Both the position numbers and the translations under genes were made by a program. 64,000 bases of DNA from Nitrospirales bacterium (lineage in GTDB: Bacteria; Nitrospirota; Nitrospiria; Nitrospirales; UBA8639). The notes beneath the pieces are model-generated. The model saw only the letters and a list, made by a program, of their open reading frames with translations, made no database searches and was not told where the DNA came from. Numbering within the stretch: position 1 is the first letter of the stretch; each line of letters starts with the position of its first letter. The DNA lies in assembly GCA_965203295.1 (NCBI GenBank), contig CBDBCZ010000015.1:1120001-1184000 (forward strand), given 5' to 3'. Positions 39,478 to 52,400 of this stretch are shown here, one piece after another.

Positions 39478-40450
39478 CATATCAAGAAGTATGTGTCATA
39501 AATGTTCAATGTGTGAAGTGGTTGTTTTCGCACTTTTCTTTGAAGTCTGTTTGGCTTTCTGCTTTTTTGTAAATGCTTTGTATGTATGTATTATTAAAGA
39601 AAGTCAGCATCAGACTCCCGATGCGCATGCATTTGCCTACCGTGAGCAGTGAAGCAAAACAGAAGGCACACCATGATGGAAAGGACAGTAGTCGTGAGAA
39701 TTTAGAACTGCTTATGAGACGCTTGACAGGCAGGGCTTCCTTAGCGTCATTGATTCTTTAACAGCCACCGCTTCAAAACAAATCGGCCCAGCAACAGAAC
39801 ACTGAATTCACACAAACCGAATATTTTTGAAATCCTCTTACCTGAGGCTATTTTTTTTTTTTTTTAATTTTTTTATATAGATCAAAAGGGAAGCTCAATA
39901 GCACAATAAGCTTATATAAAGAGCAACCATAAACAAAAAACTGAATAGGGTAGCACAAAGTAAAAGGAATTAGGAATTAGAAAGCAACAGTAATAAATTA
40001 ACATGAGTAATAATTATACAAGAGATGTTTGAAGGTTAAAATAGAGGAGCAGTCCTTGATGGAGTGAGGGAGAGAGTTCCAAAGAGAAGAGGAGCTGGGG
40101 ACAATTTCAATTTTACCTATAATTTTCGATTATATGCACAGAATTAGATTCAGAGCGGTTCGAAAATGACTGACCTTTGACCCCTCATTCACCACTGTAC
40201 TGAAGCGTTAGCTATAATCAAGTATAATCGGCCGGCCAGTAGATGGTAACAGTATCATGTTATTGATACTAAAGTAAAGCTAACTATCTGTAGAATATGA
40301 TTTCTACCTATAAAATTGTATTATATATAACATGAACAAGTTATTATAGATAAACAGAGTCTTGTCCCATGTCTGCTGTATATCTGTACTCCGGGGAGAA
40401 GGTGCTAACTGGTGTGATAAACAAAAATATGTTACATATTTCTTGATATG
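39478..40450. mobile_element. 973-bp non-autonomous TIR element without target-site duplication
   Basis: TIRs catatcaagaagtatgtgtcata / tatgttacatatttcttgatatg (20/23 match). Flanks ggat + tttattg rejoin exactly to the satellite consensus ggattttattg. Confidence 0.82.
39851..40105 (-). mobile_element. 5'-truncated CR1/L2-group LINE 3' end nested in the TIR element
   Basis: Minus strand 40105-39998 reads IVPSSSSLWNSLPHSIKDCSSILTFKHLLYNYYSC* (WNSLP motif of the ORF2 C-terminus). An AT-rich 3' UTR and an A-tail follow (T15 at 39851-65 on the plus strand). Confidence 0.82.
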
Positions 40451-43400
40451 TTTATTGAAAATTGTTAGTTTTGTTGGTCTCTAGCAAAGACTTTAAGCCA
40501 AGGGAACTAGCTACCATTTATCTGACCCTTCCCAACTGTTTAGAAAAAGAACTGGTTATTCAAAGGCCTGTTTAGTTTTGTTGATGTTAGCCTGAAGATT
40601 AGGAAAGAAGGATTTTATTAAAAATTGTTAGTTTTGTTGGTCTCTTGCAATGACTTTAATTAAGCCAAAGTTACTAGCTACCATTGATCTGACCCTTCCG
40701 AACTATTTAGAAAAAGTGCTGGTTATTCAAAGGCTTGTTTTGTTTGAATGATATTAGTCAGATACAATACATGCTTATGAAGTATTAATGTTCAAGAAAG
40801 GAACTGGTTATTCAAAGGCTTGTTTAGTTTGAATGATGTTAGTCTGAAGATTAGGAAAGAAGGATTTTATTGAAAATTGTTATTTTTGTTGGTCTCAGGC
40901 AAAGACTTTAAGCCAAAGTAACTTGCTACCATTTATCTGACCCTTCCCAACTGTTTAGAAAAAGAGCTGGTTATTCAAAGGCTTGTTTTGTTTGAATGAT
41001 ATTAGTCAGATACAATACATGCTTAGGAAGTATCGATGTTCAAGAAAGGAACTGGTTATTCAAAGGCTTGTTTAGTTTGCTTGATGTTAGTCTGCAGATT
41101 AGGAAAGAAATATTTTATAGAAAATCGTTAGTTTTGTTAGTCTCTAGCAAAGACTTTGAGCCAAAGTAACTAGCTACCATTGATCTGACCCTTCCCAACT
41201 GTTTAGGAAGAGAACCTGTTATTCAAAGGCTTGATTAGTTTTAATGATGTTAGTCGGATACAATACATGTTTAGGAAGTGTCGATGTTCATCAAAGGAAC
41301 TGGTTATTGAAAGGCTTGTTTAGTTTGGTTGATGTTAGTCTTAAGATTAGGAAAGAAGGATTTTATTGAAAATTGTTAGTTTTGTTGGTCTCAGGCAAAG
41401 ACTTTCAGCAAAAGTAACTAACTACCATTGATCTGACCCTTCCCAACTGTTTAGGAAAAGAACTGGTTATTCAAAGGCTTGTTTAGTTTGAATGATGTTA
41501 GTCTGAAGATTAGGAAAGAAGGATTTTATTGAAAATTGTTAGTTTTGTTGGTCTCTAGCAAAGACTTTCAGCCAAAGTAACTGGCTACCATTGATCTGAC
41601 CCTTCCCAACTGTTTAGGAAAAGAACTGGTTATTCAAAGGCTTGATTAGTTTTAATGATGTTAGTCGGATACAATACATGTTAAGGAAGTGTCGATGTTC
41701 AAGAAAGGAACTGGTTATTCAAAGGCTTGTTTAGTTTGGTTGATGTTAGTCTGAAGATTAGGAAAGAAGGATTTTATTGAAAATTGTTAGTTTTGTTGGT
41801 CTCAGGCAAAGACTTTCAGCAAAAGTAACTAGCTACCATTGATCTGACCCTTCCCAACTGTTTAGGAAAAGAACTGGTTATTCAAAGGCTTGTTTAGTTT
41901 GAATAATGTTAGTCTGAAGATTAGGAAAGAAGGATTTTATTGAAAATTGTTATTTTTGTTAGTCTCAGGCAAAGACTTTAAGCCAAAGTAACTTGCTACC
42001 ATTTATCTGACCCTTCCCAACTTTTTAGAAAAAGAGCTGGTTATTCAAAGGCTTGTTTTGTTTGAATGATATTAGTCAGATACAATACATGCTTAGGAAG
42101 TATCGATGTTCAAGAAAGGAACTGGTTATTCAAAGGCTTGTTTAGTTTGCTTGATGTTAGTCTGCAGATTAGGAAAGAAGTATTTCATAGAAAATCGTTA
42201 GTTTTGTTGGTCTCTAGCAAAGACTTTGAGCCAAAGTAACTAGCTACCATTGATCTGACCCTTCCCAACTGTTTAGGAAGAGAACCTGTTATTCAATGGC
42301 TTGATTAGTTTTAATGATGTTAGTCGGATACAATACATGTTTAGGAAGTGTCGATGTTCATCAAAGGAACTGGTTATTGAAAGGCTTGTTTAGTTTGGTT
42401 GATGTTAGTCTTAAGATTAGGAAAGAAGGATTTTATTGAAAATTGTTAGTTTTGTTGGTCTCAGGCAAAGACTTTCAGCAAAAGTAACTAGCTACCATTG
42501 ATCTGACCCTTCCTAACTGTTTAGGAAACGAGCTGGTTATTGAAAGGCTTGTTTAGTTTGAATGATGTTAGTCTGAAGATTAGGAAAGAAGGATTTTATT
42601 GAAAATTGTTAGTTTTGTTGGTCTCTAGCAAAGACTTTAAGCCAAAGTAACTAGCTACCATTTATCTGACCCTTCCCAACTGTTTAGAAAAGGAACTGGT
42701 TATTTAAAGGCCTGTTTAGTTTTGTTGATGTTAGCCTGAAGATTAGGAAAGAAGGATTTTATTGAAAATTGTTAGTTTTGTTGGTCTCAGGCAAAGACTT
42801 TCAGCAAAAGTAACTAGCTACTATTGATCTGACCCTTCCTAACTGTTTAGGAAAAGAACTGGTTATTCAAAGGCTTGTTTAGTTTGAATGATGTTAGTCT
42901 GAAGATTAGGAAAGAAGGATTTTATTGAAAATTGTTAGTTTTGTTGGTCTCTAGCAAAGACTTTATGCCAAAGTAACTAGCTACCATTTATCTGACCCTT
43001 CCCAACTGTTTAGAAAAGAACTGGTTATTCAAAGGCCTGTTTAGTTTTGTTGATGTTAGCCTGAAGATTAGGAAAGAAGGATTTTATTGAAAATTGTTAG
43101 TTTTGTTGGTCTCTTGCAATAACTTTAATTAAGCCAAAGTTACTAGCTACAATTGATCTGACCTTTCCGAACTCTTTAGAAAAAGTGCTGGTTATTCAAA
43201 GGCTTGTTTTTTTTGAATGATATTAGTCAGATACAATACATGCTTAGGAAGTATCAATGTTCAAGAAAGGAACTGGTTATTCAAAGGTTATTTAGTTTGG
43301 TTGATGTTAGTCTGAAGATTAGAAAAGAAGGATTTTGTTTAAAATTGTTAGTTTTGTTGGTCTCAGGCAAAGACTTTCAGCCAAAGTAACTGATACCATT

Positions 43401-46400
43401 GATCTGACCCTTCCCAACTGATTAGGAAAACAACTGGTTATTCAAAGGCTTGTTTAGTTTGAATGATGTTAGTCAGATACAATACATGCTTAGGAAGTAT
43501 CGATGTTCAAGAAAGGAACTGGTTATTCAAAGGATTGTTTAGTTTGGTTGATGTTAGTCTGCAGATTAGGAAAGAAGTATTTTATAGAAAATCGTTAGTT
43601 TTGTTGGTCTCTAGCAAAGACTTTTAGCCAAAGTAACTAGCTACCATTGATCTGACCCTTCCCAACTGTTTAGGAAAAGAACCTGTTATTCAAAGGCTTG
43701 ATTAGTTTTAATAATGTTAGTCGGATACAATACATGTTTAGGAAGTGTCGATGTTCAAGAAAGGAACTGGTTATTCAAAGGCTTGTTTAGTTTGGTTAAT
43801 GTTAGTCTGAAGATTAGGAAAGAAGAATTGTATTGAAAATTGTTAGTTTTGTTGGTCTCAGGCAAAGACTTTCAGCAAAAGTAACTAACTACCATTGATC
43901 TGACCCTTCCTAACTGTTTAGGAAAAGAACTGGTTATTCAAAGGCTTGTTTAGTTTGAATGATGTTAGTCTGAAGATTAGGAAAGAAGGATTTTATTGAA
44001 AATTGTTAGTTTTGTTGGTCTCAGGCAAAGACTTTAAGCCAAAGTAACTGTCTACCATTGATCTGACCCTTCCCAACTGTTTAGGAAAAGAACTGGTTAT
44101 TCAAAGGCTTGATTAGTTTTACTGATGTTAGTCTGATACAATACATGTTAAGGAAGTGTCGATGTTCAAGAAAGGAACTGGTTATTCAAAGGCTTGTTTA
44201 GTTTGGTTGATGTTAGTCTGAAGATTAGGAAAGAAGGATTTCATCGAAAATTGTTAGATTGGTTGGTCTCTGGCAAAGACTTTAATCCAAAGTCACTAGC
44301 TACCATTGATCTGACCCTTCCCAACTGTTTAGAAAAAGAACTGGTTATTCAAAGGCTTGTTTAGTTTGAATGATGTTAGTCAGATACAATACACGCTTAG
44401 GAAGTATCGATGTTCAACAAAGGAACTTGTTATTCAAGGGCTTGTTTAGTTTCGTTGATGTTAGTCTGAAGATTAGAAAACAAGGATTTTAATGAAAATT
44501 ATTAGTTTTGTTGGTCTCTAGCAAAGACTTTAAGCCAAAGTTACTAGCTACCTTTAATCTGACCCTTCCCAACTGTTTAGAATAAGAGCTGGTTATTCAA
44601 AAGCTTGTTTAGTTTGAATGATGTTAGTCTGAAGATTAGAAAAGAAGGATTTTTTTGAAAATTGATAGTTTTGTTGGTCTCTAGCAAAGACTTTAAGCCA
44701 AAGTAACTAGCTACCATTTATCTGACCCTTCACAACTGTTTAGAAAAGATCTGGTTATTCAAAGGCCTGTTTAGTTTTGTTGATGTTAGCCTGAAGATTA
44801 GGAAAGAAGGATTTTATTTAAAATTGTTAGTTTTGTTGGTCTCAGGCAAAGACTTTCAGCCAAAGTAACTGATACCATTGATCTGACCCTTCCCAACTGT
44901 TTAGGAAAACAACTGGTTATTCAAAGGCTTGTTTAGTTTGAATGATGTTAGTCAGATACAATACATGCTTAGGAAGTATCGATGTTCAAGAAAGGAACTG
45001 GTTATTCAAAGGCTTGTTTAGTTTGCTTGATGTTAGTCTGCAGATTAGGAAAGAAGTATTTTATAGAAAATCGTTAGTTTTGTTGGTCTCTAGCAAAGAC
45101 TTTTAGCCAAAGTAACTAGCTACCATTGATCTGACCCTTCCCAACTGTTTAGGAAAAGAACCTGTTATTCAAAGGCTTGATTAGTTTTAATAATGTTAGT
45201 AGGATACAATACATGTTTAGGAAGTGTCGATGTTCAAGAAAGGAACTGGTTATTCAAAGGCTTGTTTAGTTTGGTTAATGTTAGTCTTAAGATTAGGAAA
45301 GAAGAATTGTATTGAAAATTGTTAGTTTTGTTGGTCTCAGGCAAAGACTTTCAGCAAAAGTAACTAACTACCATTGATCTGACCCTACCTAACTGTTTAG
45401 GAAAAGAACTGGTTATTCAAAGGCTTGTTTAGTTTGAATGATGTTAGTCTGAAGATTAGGAAACAAGGATTTTATTGAAAATTGTTAGTTTTGTTGGTCT
45501 CAGGCAAAGACTTAAAGCCAAAGTAACTGTCTACCATTGATCTGACCCTTCCCAACTGTTTAGGAAAAGAACTGGTTATTCAAAGGCTTGATTAGTTTTA
45601 CTGATGTTAGTCGGATACAATACATGTTAAGGAAGTGTCGATGTTCAAGAAAGGAACTGGTTATTCAAAGGCTTGTTTAGTTTGGTTGATGTTAGTCTGA
45701 AGATTAGGAAAAAAGGATTTCATTGAAAATTGTTAGATTTGTTGGTCTCTGGCAAAGACTTTAATCCAAAGTCACTAGCTACCATTGATCTGACCCTTCC
45801 CAACATTTTAGAAAAAGAACTGGTTATTCAAAGGCTTGTTTAGTTTGAATGATGTTAGTCAGATACAATACACGCTTAGGAAGTATCGATGTTCAACAAA
45901 GGAACTTGTTATTCAAGGGCTTGTTTAGTTTCGTTGATGTTAGTCTGAAGATTAGAAAACAAGGATTTTAATGAAAATTATTAGTTTTGTTGGTCTCTAG
46001 CAAAGACTTTAAGCCAAAGTTACTAGCTACCTTTAATCTGACCCTTCCCAACTGTTTAGAATAAGAGCTGGTTATTCAAAAGCTTGTTTAGTTTGAATGA
46101 TGTTAGTCTGAAGATTAGAAAAGAAGGATTTTTTTGAAAATTGATAGTTTTGTTGGTCTCTAGCAAAGACTTTAAGCCAAAGTAACTAGCTACCATTTAT
46201 CTGACCCTTCCCAACTGTTTAGAAAAGATCTGGTTATTCAAAGGCCTGTTTAGTTTTGTTGATGTTAGCCTGAAGATTAGGAAAGAAGGATTTTATTGAA
46301 AATTGTTAGTTTTGTTGGTCTCTTGCAATAACTTTAATTAAGCCAAAGTTACTAGCTACAATTGATCTGACCTTTCCGAACTCTTTAGAAAAAGTGCTGG

Positions 46401-49400
46401 TTATTCAAAGGCTTGTTTTTTTTGAATGATATTAGTCAGATACAATACATGCTTAGGAAGTATCAATGTTCAAGAAAGGAACTGGTTATTCAAAGGTTAT
46501 TTAGTTTGGTTGATGTTAGTCTATAGATTAGGAAAGAAGGATTTTATTTAAAATTGTTGGTTTAGTTGGTCTCAGGCAAAGACTTTCAGCCAAAGTAACT
46601 GATACCATTGATCTGACCCTTCCCAACTGTTTAGGAAAACAACTGGTTATTCAAAGGCTTGATTAGTTTTACTGATGTTAGTTGGATACAATACATGTTA
46701 AGGAAGTGTCGATGTTCAAGAAAGGAACTGGTTATTCAAAGGCTTGTTTAGTTTGGTTGATGTTAGTCTGAAGATTAGGAAAGAAGGATTTTATTGAAAA
46801 TTGTTAGTTTTGTTGGTCTCAGGCAAAGACTTTCAGCAAAAGTAACTAGCTACCATTGATCTGACCCTTCCTAACTGTTTAGGAAAAGAACTGGTTATTC
46901 AAAGGCTTGTTTAGTTTGAATGATATTAGTCAGGTACAATACATGCTTAGGAAGTATCAATGTTCAAGAAATTAACTGGTTATTCAAAGGCTTGTTTAAT
47001 TTGGTTGATGTTATTCTGAAGATTAGGAAAGAAGGATTTTATTGAAAATCGTTAGTTTTGTTGGTCTCTAGCAAAGACTTTAAGCCAAAGTAACTTGCTA
47101 CCATTTATCTGACCCTTCCCAACTGTTTAGAAAAAGAGCTGGTTATTCAAAGGCCTGTTTAGTTTTGTTGATGTTAGCCTGAAGATTAGGAAAGAAGGAT
47201 TTTATTGAAAATTGTTGGTTTTGTTTGTCTCATGCAAAGACTTTCAGCCAAAGTAACTGGCTACCATTGATCTGACCCTTCCCAACTGTTTTGGAAAAGG
47301 ACTGATTATTCAAAGGCTTGTTTAGTTTGAATGATGTTAGTCAGATACAATACACGCTTAGGAAGTATCGATGTTCAAGAAAGGAACCGTTTATTCAAAG
47401 GCTTGTTTAGTTTGGTTGATGTTAGTTTGAAGATTAGGAAAGAAGGATTTTATTGAAAATCGTTAGTTTAGTTGGTCTCTAGCAAAGACTTTGAGCCAAA
47501 GTAACTAGCTACCATTGATCTGACCCTTCCCAAATGTTTAGAAAAAGAACTGGTTATTCAAAGGCTTGTTTAGTTTGAATGATGTTAGTCAAATACAATA
47601 CATGCTAAGGAAGTATCGAAGTTCAAGAAAGGAACTGGTTATTCAAAAGCTTGTTTAGTTTGGTTGATGTTAGTCTGAATATTAGGAAAGAAGGATTTTA
47701 TTCAAAAATTGTTAATTTTGTTGGCCTCTGGCAAAGACTTTAAGCTAAGGTAACTAGCTACCATTTGTCTGTCTCTTCCCAACTGTCTTGGAAAGGAACT
47801 GGTTTAAGATTCAATCATTTGTTTAGTTTAAATGATGTTTGTCAGATACAATACATATATGCTTTGAAAGCAAGGGTTTTCACTAATAATTGGTACAATT
47901 TTAGCTTTATTGGTCTCAGGAAACTTTCAGTCAAAACAACTAGCTACCATTGATCTGACCCTTCCTAACTGTCTGCGTAGAGAACTGGTTTAAGATTCAA
48001 TAGTTTGTTTAGTTTGAATGATGTTAGTCAGATTCAATACATACTTAGAAAGTAAGGGTTTTGACTGAAAATTATCAGATTAATTTGTCTCAGGCAAAGA
48101 CTTTCAGTCAAACTAAGTAGCTACCATTCATCTGACCCTTCCCAAGTGTCTAGGAAAGAAATTGGTGTAAGATTTAATAGGTTGTTTAGTTTTAATGATG
48201 TTAGTCGGATACAATACATGTTTAGGAAGTATCGATGTTCAAGAAAGGATCTGGTTATTCAAAGGCTTGTTTAGTTTAGTTGAAGTTAGTCTGAAGATTA
48301 GGAAAGGAGGATTTTATTGAAAATTGTTAGTTTTGTTGGTCTCAGGTAGAGACTTTCAGCCAGAGTATCTACCTACCATTGATCTGACCCCTCCCAACTG
48401 TCTTGGAAAGGAACTGGTTTATGATTCAATCATTTGTTTAGTTTAAATGATGTTTGTCGGATACAATACATACATGCTTAGAGAGTAAGGGTTTTCACTA
48501 ATAATTGGTACAATTTTAGCTTTATTGGTCTCAGGAAACTTTCAGTCAAAACAACTAGCTACCATTGATCTGACCCTTCCCAACTGTCTAGGAAAGAAAT
48601 TGTTTTAAGATTTTATAGCTTGTTTAGTTTGAATGATGTTAGTCGGATACAATACATGCTTAGGAAGTATCGATGTTCGAGACCGGAACTGGTTATTCAA
48701 AGGCTTGTTTAGTTTGGTTGATGTTAGTCTGAAGATTAGGAAAGAAGGATTTCATTGAAAATTGTTAGATTAGTTGGTCTCTGGCAAAGACTTTAATCCA
48801 AAGTCACTAGCTACCATTGATCTGACCCTTCCCAACTGTTTAGAAAAAGAACTGGTTATTCAAAGGCTTGTTTAGTTTGAATGATGTTAGTCAGATACAA
48901 TACACGCTTAGGAAGTATCGATGTTCAACAAAGGAACTTGTTATTCAAGGGCTTGTTTAGTTTCGTTGATGTTAGTCTGAAGATTAGAAAACAAGGATTT
49001 TAATGAATATTATTAGTTTTGTTGGTCTCTAGCAAAGACTTTAAGCCAAAGTTACTAGCTACCTTTAATCTGACCCTTCCCAACTGTTTAGAATAAGAGC
49101 TGGTTATTCAAAAGCTTGTTTAGTTTGAATGATGTTAGTCTGAAGATTAGAAAAGAAGGATTTTTTTGAAAATTGATAGTTTTGTTGGTCTCTAGCAAAG
49201 ACTTTAAGCCAAAGTAACTAGCTACCATTTATCTGACCCTTCCGAACTGTTTAGAAAAAGAACTGGTTATTCAAAGGCCTGTTTAGTTTTGTTGACGTTA
49301 GCCTGAAGATTAGGAAAGAAGGATTTTATTGAAAATTGTTAGTTTTGTTGGTCTCTAGAAAATACTTTAAGCCAAAGTCACTAGCTACCATTGATCTGAC

Positions 49401-52400
49401 CCTTCCCAACTGTTTAGAAAAGAGCTGGTTATTGAAAGGCTTGTTTACTTTGGTTGATGTAAGTCTGCAGATTAGGAAAGAAGGATTTTATTGAAAATTG
49501 TTAGTTTTGTTGGTCTCTAGCAAAGACTTTAAGCCAAAGTAACTAGCTACCATTGATTAGGAAAGAATGATTTTATTGAAAATTGTTAGTTTTGTTGGTC
49601 TCTAGGAAAGACTTTAAGCCAAAGTAACTAGCTACCATTGATCTGACCCTTCCCAACTGTTTAGGAAAAGAACTTGTTATTCAAAGGCTTGTTTAGTTTT
49701 AATGTTGTTAGTCTTAAGATTAGGAAAGAAGGATTTTATTGAAAATTGTTAGTTTTGTTGGTCTCTAGCAATGACTTCATGCCAAAGTAACTAGCTACCA
49801 TTTATCAGACCCTTCCAAACTGTTTAGAAAAAGAACTGGTTTTTCAAGGCCTGTTTAGTTTTGTTGATGTTAGCCTGAAGATTAGGAGAGAAGGATTTTA
49901 TCGAAAATTGTTAGTTTTGTTGGTCTCTAGCAAAGACTTTAAGCCAAAGTCACTAGCTACCATTGATCTGACACTTTCCAACTGTTTAGAAAAAGAGCTG
50001 GTTATTTAAAGGCTAGTTTAGTTATAATGATGTTAATCAAGTACAATAATCCTTAGGAAGTATCGATGTTCAAGAAAGGAAGTGGTTATTCAAAGGCTTG
50101 TTTAGTTTGCTTGATGTTAGTCTGCAGATTAGGAAAGAAGGATTTTATAGAAAATCGTTAGTTTTGTTAGTCTCTAGCAAAGACTTTGAGCTCAAGTAAC
50201 TAGCTACCATTGATCTGACCCTTCCCAACTGTTTAGGAAAAGAACTGGTTATTCAAAGGCTTTTTTAGTTTAAATGATGTTAGTCGGATACAATACATGC
50301 TTAGAAAGTATCGATGTTCAAGAAAGGAACTGGTTATTCAAAGGCTTGTTTAGTTTTGTTAATGTTAGTCTGAAGATTAGGAAAGAAGGATTTTTTGAAA
50401 ATTGTTAGTTTTGTTGGTCTCTAGCAATGACTTTAAGCCGAAGTAACTAGCTACCATTGTTCTGACCCTTCCCAACTGTTTAGAAAAAGAACTGGATATT
50501 CAAAGGCTTGTTTAGTTTGAATGATGTTAGTCAAATACAATACATGCCTAGGAAGTATCGATGTTCAAGAAAGGAACTTGTTATTCAAAGGCTTGTTTAG
50601 TTTGGTTGATGTTAGTCTGAAGATTAGGAAAGAAGGATTTTATTGAAAATTGTTAGTTTTGTTGGTCTCAGGCAAAGACTTTCAGCTAAAGTAACTGGCT
50701 ACCATTGATCTGACCCTTCCTAACAGTTTATGAAAAGAACCTGTTATTCAAAGGCTTGTTTAGTTTGAATGATGTTAGTCAAATACAATACATGCTTAGG
50801 AAGTATCGTTTTTCAAGAAAGGAACTGGTTATTCAATGGCTTGTTTAGTTTGGTTGATGTTAGTCTGCAGATTAGGAAAGAAGGATTTTATTGAAAATTG
50901 TTAGTTTTGTTGGTCTCTAGCAGAGAATTTGAGCCAAAGCAACTAGCTACCATTGATTAGGAAAGAAGGATTTTATTGAAAATTGTTAGTTTTGTTGGTT
51001 TCTAGCAAAGACTTTAAGCCAAATTATTCTAGCTACCATTGATCTTACCCTTCCCAACTGTTTAGGAAAAGAACTTGTTATTCAAAGGCTTGTTTAGTTT
51101 GAATGAAGTTAGTCTGAAGATTAGGAAAGAAGGATTTTATTGAAAATTGTTAGTTTTGTTTGTCTCTAGCAAAGACTTTAAGCCAAAGTAAATAGCTACC
51201 ATTTAGCAGACCCTTCCGAACTGTTTAGAAAAAGAACTGGTTATTTAACGGCCTGTTTAGTTTTGTTGATTTTAGCCTTAAGATTAGGAAAGAATGATTT
51301 TCTTGAAAATTGTTAGTTTTGTTGGTCTCTAGCAAAGACTTTAAGCCAAAGTCACTAGCTACCATTTATCTGACCCTTCCCAACTGTTTAGAAAAAAGAG
51401 CTGGTTATTCAAAGGCTAGTTTAGTTTGAATGATGTTAGTCAAATACAATAATCCTTAGGAAGTATCGATGTTCAAGAAAAAAACTGGTTATTCAAAGGC
51501 TTGTTTAGTTTGCTTGATGTTAGTTTGCAGTTTAGAAAGGAAGTATTTTATAGAAAATCGTTAGTTTTGTTGGTCTCTAGCAAAGACTTTTAGCCAAAGT
51601 AACTAGCTACCATTGATCTGACCCTTTCTAACTGTTTAGGAAAAGAACTGGTTATGCAAAGGCTTGTTTAGTTTAAATGATGTTAGTCGGATACAATACA
51701 TGCTTAGGAAGTATTGATGTTCAAGAAAGGAACTGGTTTTTCAAAGGCTTGTTTAGTTTGGTTGATGTTAGTCTGAAGAATAGGAAAGAAGGATTTTTTT
51801 GAAAATTGTTAGTTTTGTTGGTCTCTAGCAATGACTTTAAGCCGAAGTAACTAGCTACCATTGATCTGACCCTTCCCAACTGTTTAGAAAAAGAACTGGT
51901 TATTCAAAGGCTTGTTTAGTTTGAATGATGTTAGTCAAACACAATACATGCCTAGGAAGTATCGATGTTCAAGAAAGGAACTTGTTATTCAAAGGCTTGT
52001 TTAGTTTTGTTGATGTTTGTCTGAAGATTAGGAAAGAAGGATTTATTGAAAATTGTTAGTTTTGTTGGTCTCTGGCAAAGACTTTAAGCCAAAGTAACAA
52101 GCTACCATTGATCTGACCCTTCCCAACTGTTTAGGAAAAGTATTGGTTATGCAAAGGCTTGTTTAGTTTGAATGATGTTAGTCAGATACAATATATGCTT
52201 AGGAAGTATCGATGTTCAAGAAAGGAACTGGTTATTCAATGGCCGGTTTAGTTTGGTTGATGTTAGTCTGAAGATTAGGAAAGAAGAATTTTACTCAAAA
52301 ATTGTTATTTTTTTGTCTCAGGCAAAGACTTTAAGCCAAAGTAACTAGCTACCATTGATCTGACTTTTCCCAACTGTTTAGGAAACGAACTGGTTATTCA

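Noticed and set aside
38140..39761. ORFs at 38140, 38335 and 39573 as recombinase or transposase
   Set aside because: Short, no recognisable catalytic motifs, and one runs into satellite.
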